From NCBI GenBank assembly GCA_014905635.1, contig JABVCE010000025.1:372001-436000 (forward strand): DNA of 64,000 nt. The letters are read 5' to 3'. Source of the stretch: Scenedesmus sp. PABB004 (taxonomy: Eukaryota). The notes under the pieces were generated by a model, which was not told where the DNA came from, did no database searches, and saw nothing but the letters and a program-made list of their open reading frames with translations. Shown in pieces: positions 35,263 to 47,276 of this stretch. Position 1 is the first letter of the stretch; each line of letters begins with the position of its first letter. The position numbers and the translations under genes were made by a program.

Positions 35263-38200
35263 TCACAGCGCCCCCCGCCGCGCGGACGCGCCGGGGCTGG
35301 CGCAGCCCCGCGCGCCGAGCGCGCGTGCCGCCTTCTTGGCCGCCGCAAAGAACGCCGCGCTCGCCGGGTCGCCCGCCGCCGCCGCCTGGCACGCGAGGTC
35401 GGCGCGGTCAAAGGCCTCGCCCGGGTCCTCGCCCTCCTCGCCCTCGCCGCCGCTCTCGTCGTCGCCGCTGGCATCAGCCCGCCACGCCGCCGCGACCTGC
35501 GGGCTGCCGTCCAGCCACGCCTCGAACCCCGCCAGCAGGCGCGCCTTGGCCGCGGCGACGCCGTCCAGCGCGGGGTCCAGCGCGCTGCGCCGCTCCCGCA
35601 GGTCGTCAAACGCGCAGCGATAGCTGCGCCCCCGGCCGGGCGCAGCAGCGCGGGGTGAGCCGAGGGGCAAGTTGCGGCGGCGCCGGCCGCGCCGCCCCCG
35701 CCGCGCCGCGCCGCGGCCCGCGCCTGGTCTTGGCGGCCCTGAGCTGCTGCAGAAGCACGTGCTCCTCGTCGTCCAGCACCTCACCGCCGCCACTGCCGCT
35801 GCTGCTGCTGCCGGCCGCGCTCGCGCGGCCCGCCGGCGCCGCCAGCCGGCGCGTCTCCAGCTGCGCGGACAGGGTGTCGATGGCAGCCTTGCTGCCGTTG
35901 ACCTGCGCGCCCCCGTCCTGCGCGCGGGGCGGCGGCGGCGGCGGCGGCGGGCGGCGGCGCCGGTCAGCGGCCGAGGAAGCAGCGCCGCAGCGGGGGACGC
36001 CAGCCAAGGCCGGCGCACCTTGATCTGCTGCTTCAGCTCCGCGACCTGCTGCTGCGCGGCGCGCACCGCCTCGGCCGCGCGCCGCCCCTCGGCCACGCCG
36101 TGCTTGAATCGTGAGAAGAGCGCGTTGCGGTCCAGCGGCGGCTCAGCGCCCGCGCCGCCGGCCTGCTCGCCCGCCAGCGCGGCGGCGGCGGGCCCCGCCT
36201 CGGCCGCGACGGCCGCCGCCGCCGCCGCCGCTGCGGCCGCGGCTCGCTGCCCGTGCGCCAGCGGCGAGCCCGGGCGCTGCTGCTTGGCGGTGCCGGCCAG
36301 CTGCTGCAGCGCCTGCGCCGTGCCGCGTGGCGAGGGGCTGCCGCGCGGCGGGCTGGCGCCGCGCGACTGGCCGCCAGGCACGCCCGCCGCACCGCCGACG
36401 GGGCTGGCCGGCGGGCGCGCGTGCGCCGGCGCGCTGCCGACGCAGAAGCCACCGCCGGCGTCCACCTCGCCCACGCCGCCGGCCTCCAGCTCCGCGGCGG
36501 CGCCCTGCGACCGGCGCGCGAGGGCGGGGGTCACGGCCCGCTGGTGACGGCAGCGCCGCCGAGCCCCCACCGGCGCCTGCGCGCGCGCAGCCCCGCGCAC
36601 CTGGCCCGCGGCCGCGGCGGCGGCGGGGCCGCGCGGTCCCGCGGCGCCGCCGCCGCCGGCCCAGCCGCCCGCAAGCGTGACCGCCTTGAAGGCCTTGTAG
36701 GTCTCCCTGATGCGCTTCAGGCTCTCCGTCGGCAGCTCGTCCAGCTCAGCGGCACCTGCAGGAGAGGGCAGCGCCGCCGTGGCCGCCGGCGTCGTCGTCG
36801 CGCCAGGTGCGGCGGCCGACTGCGCGCGCCGCCGCCGCGGCCTCACCTGCCAGGTAGCGCGACACCAGCTGCTGCAGCTCCGCCTGCTCGCCGGGCGAGA
36901 GGTCCTCGTACACGATGCGACCCCGGCCGCTGCGGGGGGCGGGGCGCGGCGGGCGCGTGGGCAGGCAGGGGCTGGCGCGGGCCGGCGCGGCGCAGCGAGC
37001 GCGGCGCGGCGCGCGCCTGAGCATGTCGCGCATGGCCAGCTCGGCGCGGAGCTCCCGGATGACGCGCGTCGCGCGCGCGAGCGCGAGCCCCGGGTCGTTG
37101 CTCTCGTTGACGACCGCCGCCGTCTCGAGGCAGCGCACGCGCGCGGCAAAGCGCAGCGTCGACGCGCACTCCTCGAGGTGGGGCGCCTCGGGCCAGAGGT
37201 TGGCCACCATCACGGTGCGGGAGTTGCCGCCCAGCGCGTCGCGCAGCGCCTCGGTGAGCTTGCACTGCCTGCGCACGCGCGCGTGCGGGCGCAGTCGCGC
37301 GGCCGCCGCGCCCCGCCCCGCGCGCGCCAGGCCCCCCGCCCTGCCGGCGCCGCCGCAGCGCGCGCGCACCGAAAGGGCACGTGCGCGTCGCGCCGCGCGA
37401 GCGCCTGCACCACCTGCTCCAGGAAGGTCAGCGACTTGTTGATGCACGCCGCCTCGCGCAGCGCGAGGCCCTCCGCCTGCGCCGCCGCGGGGCGCGCCGC
37501 ACGGGGTCGGGCCGCGGCAGCGCGCGGCGCGCGTGCGGCTCCGCTGCCGCGCGCAGCAGCGGAGCCGCTCCCGCCGCGCCGCGCCGCGCGCCTGCGTCTT
37601 CTTGGTGCGCTCGCTGCCGGCGAGGTCGACGAGGTGCAGCTTGGACAGCGTCGCGCGCTCGCGCGCCTCCGCGCTCGTGCGGCCCTCGACGTAGACGCTG
37701 AACACGACGTGGCTGCGGCTGCTGTTGCTGTTCAGCACGTGCACCGCCGTGCTGCGCCCCTGCTCGCCCAGGAAGAACTGCGCGAGCGCCTCCTCCTCGC
37801 TGCCCACCTCGACGCGCGTCAGCCCGCGCACCTGCGGCGGCGGCGCGGCGGCGCTGCCTCGGCCCCAGGCTGTCGCACGCCGTCTGGCCGCCCCAGCCCC
37901 GCGCGCCGCGCCGCGGGGCGCACCACGGTGCCGGCGGCGCCGTCGAGGATGGTGAGGCGCTCCGCGCTGCCGGCGGGGTCGTCGGCGAGCAGGTCGTACA
38001 GGGCCTCATTGTAAATCTCCATGTAGCTCACCGCCACCTTGAACAGCCGGTCGCTGCGCAGGTCCACCTGCCTGAAGATGTGGTGCAGCGCGCGCGGGAC
38101 GATGCCGCGGTGCGCGTAGCTGGCGGCGTCGCCGCTCATCGTGAACGTCTTGCCCGCGCCCGTCTGCGGCGCGGCGCAGCCCGTCCGCGGGCCGCCGCTG

Positions 38201-38806
38201 CTGCAGGGCGCTGCGTGCGCTGCGCGCGGCAACACCCTGGGCGCGGCACCTGGCCGTAGCAGAAGAGAGTGGCGTTGAAGCCCGACAGCACGCTGTCGAC
38301 CGCGCCGTGCGCGCACGTCTCGTACACGGTGACCTGGCTGACATTTTCGAGCACGCCGTCAAACTGCGGCGCGCGCGCTTGCCTGGGCTGGGCGCGGCAC
38401 GGCGCCGGCGGCGGGAGCGGCACGGCGCGGTGCGGCGCGGCACAGCACGGCGCCGCCGCCGCGCGCCGCTGCACGCCTTGAGCGTCAGCGTCTCCAGCTG
38501 GTTGTTGATCAGGCCCGACGCCTCGTCCTTGGGGAAGGTCACGGTGATGGTCTCGCCGTCCTTGTGCGTCCTGCGGCGGGCGCGCACGCCGCGAGCGAGC
38601 GAGCGAGCAGCGGCGCCGCCTCGCGGCCGGCGCTGCGCCGCACCGGACGCCCCGCGCGCGCGCCCAGCGCCAGATGCGCGCGCCCGCGACGTCGAGTTGG
38701 TGCCGTGGCGCCGTGGCGGCGCTGCTGCTGCGCACCTGATCCCCTCGAATGGCCGTGCGGTCGGCCGCGTCCGCACGAAGACGCGCACCTTCTCGCCCTC
38801 CTTCAT
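35263..38806 (-). CDS. KLP1: Kinesin-9 (KLP1/KIF9-like) motor, multi-exon
   Basis: [11 protein letters not shown]-loop [77 protein letters not shown]. Closely resembles Chlamydomonas KLP1 as recalled. Confidence 0.9.
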
Positions 38807-38933
38807 GGCGCCACGCTCGCGCGAGCGCGTCTCACAGGCGCGCGTGTGGAGGCAGGTGCGCTCGGGGCCGCGGGCTGGGTTGGTGCGCCGGACGAGCAGC
38901 GGCAGTCGCGGTTTGACCGACGGCGCCCGGGCA

Positions 38934-39048
38934 TCACGGCTTGGCGATCCAGCCCGCGAGCGGCGCGCCGGGCGCCCGCAGCGCCGCCCAGGCCGCCACG
39001 TAGGCCGCGCCGGCGCGGGCCTTGTCCGCGCGGTAGGCTGCGAGGCCG

Positions 39049-39084
<36 letters not shown>

Positions 39085-40807
39085 GCGCCGCAGCGCGCCG
39101 CCAGCTCGGGCGGCGCGGCCGCGAGCAGCGCGCGCCACGCGTCGTGCATCGCGGCCGGGCAGAGCCGGCTGCGCGTCTTGGCGCTGCCGGCGGTGAGCTC
39201 CTTCTTGCTGGCGCCCGCCCGGCGCCCGTGCGCTGCGAGTGTGACCTCGTGCACGCCCGCCGCCGCCGCCGCGCCCGGCCTGGCCGACGGCGCCGCCAGC
39301 GCGTCCAGCAGCGGCATCTGGCAGCTCCAGTTGATGGACACGCCTGCAGGCGGCGCGCCGGCGTCAGGGCCGCGCGGGCGCGCGTGAGCCGGGCGCGGGC
39401 GGCAGGCGCGCGCGCGCGGCTGCTCCCTCGGCCGCCGGCGGCGCAGCGGCGGCCGGCGCGCGCGCGGCTGCCCTGACCCGAGGGGCTCTTGCGCGTCGCA
39501 TCCGGGCTGAGCCCCAACCGCGGGTCGGGCGGGCCCACGGCGACCACCGCCGGCGCCTGCAGCCGGAACGGCGGCGGCAGCAGCGCCGCGGCGCCCGCCA
39601 GCCGGTCCCGCACGGCGCGCGCGCCCGCCGCCTCCACCGCGGCGCCCAGGGCCTGCTGTTGCTGCGGCTCGCCGCCGCCGGGCGGCGCCGACACCGCCAG
39701 CAGCTCCAGGCCGAGCGGCGCGTCCAGGCAGGCGCTGAGCAGGCAGCCCTGCAGGCCGAGGCAGGCCCAGCGCGCGATCTTGTCGCTGCAGCTCAGCGAC
39801 AGCGTGGGGTCGCCCTTGCCCGGCTTGCGCCGCAGCGCGCCGAGCGCCTGCGGCCCCGCCTCCACGTCGGCCGCGCCCGGCACAGCCGGCGGCTGCTGCT
39901 GGCGCGCGTCGGCGCCGCCGCCCCCGGCGGCGGCCCGCGCGGCGTCGCGCACGTCCGCCGCGCCGGCCGGCCGGAGCAGCTTGGCGCCGGTGCGCCCGCC
40001 AGCCGCCGCCGCCTGCTCCTGCGCCGCCGCAGCGAGCGCCGGCGCGGCCGCGCCGTCGCTTCGCGGGCCGCAGGCGGCGCCGTCGCCGGCCGCGGCCGCG
40101 CTGGCGCCCGGCACGCCGCCGTGCTGCGCGTGCTGGCCGCCGCCGTCGCCGCCGCCGTAGATCGAGGCGTCGCCACAGGGCGGCTGGCTGACGTACATCG
40201 CAAAGCGCACGCCCGGGCGCAGCCTGAACGCGCGCGCCTCCGGGCACCACGCAAACGCGGCGCCGCAGCCCGCCGGCTGCCGCCCGCCCCCGCCCTGCTC
40301 CTGCTCCTGCTCCTGCCCCTGCTCCCGCTGGCGCCGGTGGTGCGCCGCCGCGAGCGCGAGCTGGCCGTGCGCCCATGCCACGAGCGCGCGGCGCGCGACG
40401 ACCTCCGCGTGGCTGTCGTGCAGCACGTCGCCGTGCCGAGAGCGCTTTGACGCGCCGAGGCACTTTGTCCCGCTCCCCAGCGCGACGACGTGCAGCCGCG
40501 GCGGCTCCGCCGGCTCCACCGGCGCTGCACCCTCGGGCTCAACGACAAACGCGGCGATGCCTGCGCACGCGGGCGCGGCGGCGGCGGCGCTCGGCGGCGG
40601 CAGCAGCGCGCGGCGCCCGCGCGCGGCGGCGGCGCCGGCCTGCGCGGGGCGGCCCCACCCACACGCGCACGCACCCGCCAGCACCGTGTGCTCGTGGGCC
40701 TGGCACTTGCCGGCCTTGGGGAGCGAGGCGAAGCGGCCCGCGACCGCCGCCGCGAGAGCGGCGGCGAGCGCGCGGCGCGCCGCCGCGTCCGGCAGCGGCG
40801 ACGCCAT
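38934..40807 (-). CDS. ADAT1: tRNA-specific adenosine deaminase 1 (A37), 3 exons
   Basis: [61 protein letters not shown]-terminal WIAKP. Confidence 0.92.
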
Positions 40808-41047
40808 CCCGCGCTGCCGCTGCTTGCTGCTGGCCGGGGAGAGCCAAGCGCGGTGGTAAATTTCTCGGCCTCCTCTTGCACCTCTTGTCCTGCTCGCACC
40901 CCGGCCGTCGCGCCCGCTCGAGCGCCGCCGCTGCGCCGCGCGCACGGCCGCCGCCACCGCCGCCGCCGCCGCACATCCCCCCGGCGCGTGCCGGCCGCTC
41001 CCTGCGCCGAGAGCGCCCTCGAGCCCGGTGCGCCCGGCCTCGCCACG

Positions 41048-41462
41048 ATGGCCACGCTCAGCGATCGCTTCAGCATCAACAGCCAAATCGAGCACCTGCA
41101 GGCCAAGTACGTGGGAACGGGCCACGCGGACATCACCAAGTTCGAGTGGCTGCTCAACATCCACCGCGACAGCTACGCGAGCTACGTGGGGCACCACAAC
41201 ATGCTCGCCTACTTTGCCACCGCCCAGAACGAGTCCATCGGCCGCGTCAAGTGCGCCCCGGCGCGGCACCGCGCGCTGGAGCGGCGGGCGGGGCGCTGCG
41301 GCGCGCTGCGCGGCGCAGGCGTCGCCGCGCAGCCGCCGCCGCTGCTGCTGCTGCTCCCGCCGCGCCGCCCACCGCCGCCGCCCGCCCGCCGGCAGGTACG
41401 AGTTCCTGCAGAAGATGCTGCTGCCGTGTGGCCTCCCGCCGGCGGGCCAGGAGGACGAGTGA
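41048..41462 (+). CDS. SF3B5: Splicing factor 3B subunit 5, 2 exons
   Basis: [29 protein letters not shown]...[11 protein letters not shown]...[10 protein letters not shown]. Confidence 0.97.
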
Positions 41463-41518
41463 GCGCGCGGGGGCGACGCAGCAGCAAGACGAAGCACCAG
41501 CAGCGGCTGGGGCGGCGA

Positions 41519-42689
41519 TCACCCCTGCTCGCCCGCGCCGGCGCCGGCCAGCGGCGCGAGCTGCGCGGCGATGGCGCTCAGCAGCGCTGGCGGCGCGTCG
41601 GCGACGTAGCCGTGGCCCACGCCCTCGAGCCACAGCGTCTGGAAGTCGGCGCCGGGCGCGGCGTGGCGCGCCCACGCCGCGAGCTGCGGGCGGCGGCGGC
41701 GCCAGCCCGGCGCCGCGCGCTTGTACACTAGGAGGGAGCGACTGCAGCTTGGCTCTGGTCGCTGCGCCGGCGAGGCTCGCCGGCGCTGCCGGCGGGGTGC
41801 TCGGCGGCACGGCGCCCTCACCTGCTCTGGCGAGTAGCGCCGGTCGAGGCGCGCGCCGACGGCGGTGATGGGCACGGCCGTGGTCGCCTCGGGCGCGCTG
41901 GGCTGCGCGCGGCGGCGGCAGCAGCGGCGCCCGGACAGGCGCAGGGGCGCGGGCGGGCGGGGGCAGGGGCAGGGGGTCGGCGGGCGGGCGGGCGGCGGCG
42001 CGCGCCGCAGCGCCGCGCGGGGCTGCGGGCGCCCCCCGGCGGCTGCCGGCGAGAGGGACGGCGACGCGCGTCGGCAACGGCCGGCTGCCCGCGCCGGTCC
42101 GCCCCGCTGCGCGCACCGCGTAGCGCTCGACCATCGCAAAGTCGTCCCGCAGCACCGGGAAGGCCAGCGCGCGCAGCACGGGGTCCGCCAGGCTCGCGTT
42201 GGCACCGTAGCGCCGCTCAAACGCGGCCCAGAACGCGTCGGGAGGCAGCGCGTGCAGCCGCGTCGCGTCGGGGTCATGCGCCGCGCCGGCGAGCCAAGGC
42301 GCCCGGTTGCCGGAGACGAACAGCCGCGCCAGCGGCCGCAGCCCGCGCCGCGCCAGCTCTTGCGCGACCTCCCACGCGAGCCAGGCGCCCATGCTGTGCC
42401 CGAAGATGGCGCACGGCGGGCCCCCGGCGAGCTCGGGCGCCAGGGCGTCGACGAGCTGCGCCGCGAGCGCGGCGAGGTCGGCGGCGGCGCGCGGCTCGCG
42501 CAGCCGCGCGCCGTGGCCGGGGAGCTCGACCGGCAGCACCGCGACGCCGCGCGCCGCGAGGGGCGCCGCCCAGCTGTGGAACATCCACGCCGCGCCGCCC
42601 GCGCCGCCGAGGCAGACCAGGCGCGGCGAGCCGGGCGGCGCTGCGACGCCGCGCGCCGGGAGCAGCCACGCCGCCGCCGGCGCCGCCAT
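41519..42689 (-). CDS. Stand-alone type II thioesterase (GrsT/RifR-like alpha/beta hydrolase)
   Basis: RLVCLGGAGG, VELPGHGARLRE, FGHSMGAWLAWE, LFVSG, PVLRDDF, GVGHGY. Confidence 0.88.
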
Positions 42690-42697
42690 CGGCGAAC

Positions 42698-42823
42698 GCT
42701 GCCTTGGGAGGCGCTGGGTGGGCGCGGTGGGCTGCGCAGCGCCGCCGCTGCCGTGGCTGCCTTGGGAGGCGCTGGGTGGGCGCGGTGGGCTGCGCAGCGC
42801 CGCCGCTGCCGTGGCTGCCTTGG
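42698..42823. repeat. Perfect 58-bp tandem duplication (2 copies plus a partial third)
   Basis: The unit GCTGCCTTGGGAGGCGCTGGGTGGGCGCGGTGGGCTGCGCAGCGCCGCCGCTGCCGTG starts at 42698 and 42756, with a partial copy at 42814. Confidence 0.95.
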
Positions 42824-43049
42824 AAAGTACTGGGTGAGCGCGGGGCGGCGCGGCGGCGGCTGCACGGCGCGCGCCGCCCCGCCGCTGTGCCCTGGTCGGC
42901 GGCGAGAGCCCCGCGCCGCGGTCTGATTGCCCTCCCCGTGCGCGCCCCATTCGCTCCAGGCGCCCCACACGCTGTCGCGCCTGACGTCTTCCCCGTTCGT
43001 CCATCACGCGCGCAGGCCGGATCGCCCTCCTCGGTGTGCAGCACCATCA

Positions 43050-44643
43050 ATGCGCGCCGCAGCAGCAGCCCGCCCCGGGGCGCGGCCGGGCAGCGCGCCG
43101 CGCCGGCGTTGCGTCGCGGTGATGGCGTCGGCCAAGCCAGTGCTAATGGTGAACAGCTGCACCGGCAAGATGGGGCGCTCGGTGGCAGAGGCAGCAGTCG
43201 CTGCCGGCCTGCAGCTCGCGCCCTTCACGCTCTGCGGCGCCGCGGAGGCGGCGGGCGGTAAGAGCATAGACGTGGCGGGCGTGCAGATGCAGCTGGTGGG
43301 GCCGGACGCGCGCGACGCGGTGATCGAGCAGGTGCGGGACCGCCGGCGCAACCGCTGCCGCCGGCCGCCGCGCGGCGCGCTGGCCCGCGGCGGCGCGGCC
43401 CCGCGCCGGCGGCGCCGCGGCCGTCGGCGGCGCCGCGCCCGTGCGCGCGGCGGGAGCGGCAGCGCGGCAGCGCGGCACGCCGCGGCGGCGCGGGGCCGAC
43501 CGCCGCGGGCGGCGCCCCGCTCGCGGCGGCGCGCGCAGGTGAAGCAGCAGCACCCGGGGCTGGTCATGGTGGACTACACGGTGCCTGACGTCATCCACGA
43601 GATGGCGGGCCTCTACATCAAGCACCGCACGCCGTTTGTGATGGGCACGACCGGCGGCGACCGTGAGCGCCTCGTGGCCGACGTGGTCGCGTCGGGCGTG
43701 TACGCCGTCATCGCCCCCCAAATGGGCAAGCAGGTGACGGCGCGGCGGGGCCGCCGCGGCGCCGCGAGGGCTGGGCGGGGCCCCGTGCCCGCCGGCCCGG
43801 CCGCCGGCCCGACCGCCGCCGAACCGCGTGCCCGCCCGCTGCGCCGCGCAGGTCGTCGCGTTCCAGGCGACCATGGAGCTCATGGCGGAGACCTTCCCCG
43901 GCGCGTTCGCGGGCTACACGCTCAAGGTCCGGCGGCGGCGGGGCGGGGCGGGGACAGCCACGCGGCGGGCGGCGCGGCGGCGCGGCGGCGCGGCCGCGCG
44001 GCCGCGCAGCGGCCCGGCGCGACGCGGCGATACGTGGCAGACGCCAGCGCCGCGGGCGCGCAGGTGACTGAGAGCCACCAGTCGAGCAAGAAGGACACGA
44101 GCGGCACCGCCAAGGCCATCGTCAGCAGCTTCCAGGGTCTGGGACTCAAGTTTGACGTCTCGCAGGCGCGGCGCTGCCCGCGCGCGGCCCCGCCGCGGAG
44201 CGGCCCGCCGCGCGTGCGGCGGCCGCCCACGAACGCGCCGCCGCCGCCGCGCCGCCGCCGCGCAGATTGAGCTCGTGCGCGACCGCGAGCAGCAGCTCGG
44301 GCGCATGCGCGTGCCCGAGGAGGCGCTGCCGGGGCACGCGTTCCACACGTACCAGCTGGTCAGCCCCGACGGCAGCGTCGCGTTTGAGTTCCAGCACAAC
44401 GTCTGCGGGCGCACCATCTACGCCGAGGGCACCGTCGACGCCGCGCTCTTCCTCGCGCGCCAGGTCGAGCAGGTGCGGCGGCCGCGGGGGCGCGCGGAGC
44501 GCTCGGAGCGCGCACAGGGCGGCGGCGGCAGCGCCGCGCCGGCCCCTCGCCGGCCCCGACGCCGCGCCGGCCCTCCCCTGCAGGGCGCGAGCCAGACGCT
44601 GTACAACATGGTGGACGTGCTCAGGGCCGGCGCGATGCGGTGA
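43050..44643 (+). CDS. dapB: 4-hydroxy-tetrahydrodipicolinate reductase, plastid-type, 6 exons
   Basis: MVNSCTGKMG, VDYTVP, PFVMGTTGGDR, YAVIAPQMGKQVVAFQA, ESHQSSKKDTSGTAKA, FQHNVCGRTIYAEGTVDA. Confidence 0.95.
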
Positions 44644-44930
44644 GGCCGCAGCGCCGGGCGGACACTCGGACGCCGCGCGCGCTCGGCGGCGGCGTCGGCT
44701 TGCCAGGGCCTGGCGCGGCCGCGGCGCGGGGGGCGGGGGCTGCTTGCGAAGAAAAGTCTGCACTGCACACGGTTGCCGTTGTGGGCGTTGCGAGCATGCC
44801 AGCGGGGGAGATCGGCGGCGGCCGCGCGGCCGCGCGCCCGAGATCGGCGGCGGCCGCGCGGCTTGCAGTAACGAGACGCAGGTGCCGCGCCGCCGCACCA
44901 GCACTGCCGCCGCCGCTCAGTGCGGGCGCC

Positions 44931-46951
44931 TCACCGCCGGCCCGCGCCGTGGCGGCTGTCGGCGAGGCTGCCAAACGCGCGCACGCGGCCCGCCAGCACC
45001 GCGGCGTGCACCCACTCGTCGCCAACGGCGAGCGGCGCGTTGAACTCCTGCAGCATGCGCGACCGCCACTCGATGAGCTGCACGGGGCAGGCGCAACGGC
45101 GGGGCGGCGTCAGCACCGCGTGGTGGAAGGTCGCGACCGGCGCGCGCGCGCGCGCAGCCCATGCGTGGCGCCTCACGTCGGCGCGCTGCTGCGCCAGCGT
45201 CGCCTGCTTGGCAGCGCTGCGCTGCGCCCGCTCCTCAGCAAGCGCCGCGTCCAACGCCGCGCGCGCGGCCGCGCACTCGGCCGCGTCGGCCGCCTTCTGC
45301 CGCGCGTCTGCCTCGCGCTGCGCCGCCTTGTCGGCCATCTGCCGCCGCAGCCCCGCCGCGGTTCGCTGCGCCGCCGCCGCCTCGGCCGCGCGCCGCGCCG
45401 CGGCGTCGGCGGCCTGGCGCGCCTCGTGCGCGGCCGCCTCTCGCGCCGCGCGCTCCGCCTCCTCGTGCGCGCGCTGCTCCAGCTGCCGCTCCATGTCGTG
45501 GCCGCCGGCGCGCTCGTACTTCAGGCGCTGCTTGGTGCGCCAGGCCTCGCTGTCCGCCAGGCGCTTGGCCTCCGCCGCGTCCATGGCCTGCGCACGCGCC
45601 GCACACAGGGGCGGCGGCAGGCGGGCGATCGGCGGGCGGGCCCTGAGCGCGCGTGCCGCGCCCGCCCCCCCCCCCCCCACTCGGCCCCTCCGCCGCTCAC
45701 CGCCTGGCACTCCTGCGTGTACGCGCGCTCCCGCTCGCGCGCCACGGCGTCCACGGCCAGCTTCGCCTCTGCCGCCGCGCGCGTCTCGGCCGCGCGCGCC
45801 TCGAGCGCTGCCCGGTGCGCCGCCGCGCGCTCGGCCGCGGCGGCGGCCTCTGCCGCCGCCTCCGCCGCCAGCTCCGCGCGGTGCAGCGCGGCCTCGCGCG
45901 CCGCGGCCGCGGCGGCGGCGGCGGCGGCGGCGGCCGCCTCCTGCTGCTGGCCCCTGTACAGCTCTGCCTGCCGTGCCTGCGCCGCGCGCGTGGCAGCCGC
46001 CTCGTCGAGCTCAGCCCGGTACGCCGCCGCGACCGCCGCGTCCGTCTCGCGCGCCTCCCGCTGCCTGGCCTGCCGCTCCGCCTCGCGCGCCGCCTCGCGC
46101 TCCGCCAGCTGCGCCGCCAGCGCGCCGCGCAGCGCGTCGCGGCGCCGCGCCCGCTCGGCCGCCCACCGCGCGTCCTCCTGGGCCGCGAGGCGGTCCTGCA
46201 AGGCAGCGCGCGGTGCGGGGTCGGCGGGCCCTACCCGGGTGTGCCGTGGCACACTGCCGGTGTGCTGCAAAGCCCACCTGCGCGACGACGATCTCGTCGA
46301 ATGCGTTGGGCGTCAGGTGCGCCCGGTGCTCGAGCAGCACCGTCGGCACCGCCCCCAGGTCGCCGCCCAGCACCGTGACGGCGCCGTGCGTGCGCCGCCG
46401 GTGTGCCGCCGACCCCGGCGCGGCGGCAGCGGCGCCTGCTGCCGCAGCTGCCACCGCGCTGGCGCCGGCGGCCCCGGGCCGGCCCGCGGTCGGCTGCTCG
46501 GCCGCCACGGCCGGCCTCGCAAGCGCGCGGGCGACGGCGCGCACCGCGGCGGCCCTGCCGGCTTCGGCGCGCGCCGCGGGGGCCCTGCCGCCGGCCGCCG
46601 CTGCGGTCGGCGCCGGCGCGCCGGGCCTGAACGTCGCCGGCCGCTGCTGCGGCGCGAGCAGCGCGCACGCAACGTCGGCCTTGAGCGCCGCCAGCGCGGC
46701 CGGCGTCGGCGGCGCGCCCGCAGTGAGCAAGCGGTCACAGAGCTTCAACGCTTGCAGGAGGCCGTCCTGCTGAGGCGCGTCGCGCAGCCGCGCGACGACG
46801 GCGGCCTGCGCAGCGGCGTCCGGCGGCCGTTTTCTGTGCGGGCCGCCACGCGCCTCACGGCTGGTCGTGAGGCCGTGCCGGACTGCCCGTCCGGCCCGCG
46901 CCACCCCACCTTGAGCTTGCGCGCCGCGGCCGCCGGCTCCGCCGCCGCCAT
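44931..46951 (-). CDS. Ala/Glu/Arg-rich coiled-coil protein (possibly cilia/basal-body type)
   Basis: Spliced ORFs with long heptad-like helical segments (DRLAAQEDARWAAERARRRDALRGALAAQL..., LRRQMADKAAQRE). No catalytic motif. Confidence 0.55.
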
Positions 46952-47038
46952 GCTGACCGCCGCGCGGGGCGCTCCTGCTCCGCCCCCGTGGACCCGTTGT
47001 CGCGCGGCCGACGGTGCACGAGCGAGCGGGGCGCTCGG

Positions 47039-47043
47039 TTACA
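47039..47043 (-). terminator. Poly(A) signal TGTAA for the GT77 gene
   Basis: TGTAA ~235 nt downstream of the stop at 47277. Confidence 0.45.
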
Positions 47044-47276
47044 AGCGCGCGCGGGCTCTCTCGTTCGTTGCCGCGCGCGCAGTGGCCGCTCGGCCGCCGG
47101 CCGCAGCAGCAGACGCGTCCTAGCCTAGCTCGCTAGCTGCACATCGAAATCAAATGAACAAATGATCACTCAGCGCGCGGCTGCCGCGCCCTCGCTCGTC
47201 CGCCGCGAGCTGCGCCGCTGCGCTGCGCGGCGCGCAGCTCGCGACGCCCGGGCGCGCCGCCCCGCCACGGCCCGCG

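Noticed and set aside
38006..41497. 1163-aa ORF apparently fusing antisense SF3B5, ADAT1 and kinesin
   Set aside because: It reads through introns and intergenic DNA. ADAT1 ends in a different frame at 38934 after splicing, so it is not a fusion protein.
41715..41775. AT-richer patch with a small hairpin and ACA in a thioesterase intron
   Set aside because: It has a single weak hairpin, no H box and no recognisable guide pocket.
42698..42823. Direct repeats considered as a CRISPR-like array
   Set aside because: The copies are contiguous with no unique spacers, there are no cas genes, and the context is eukaryotic.
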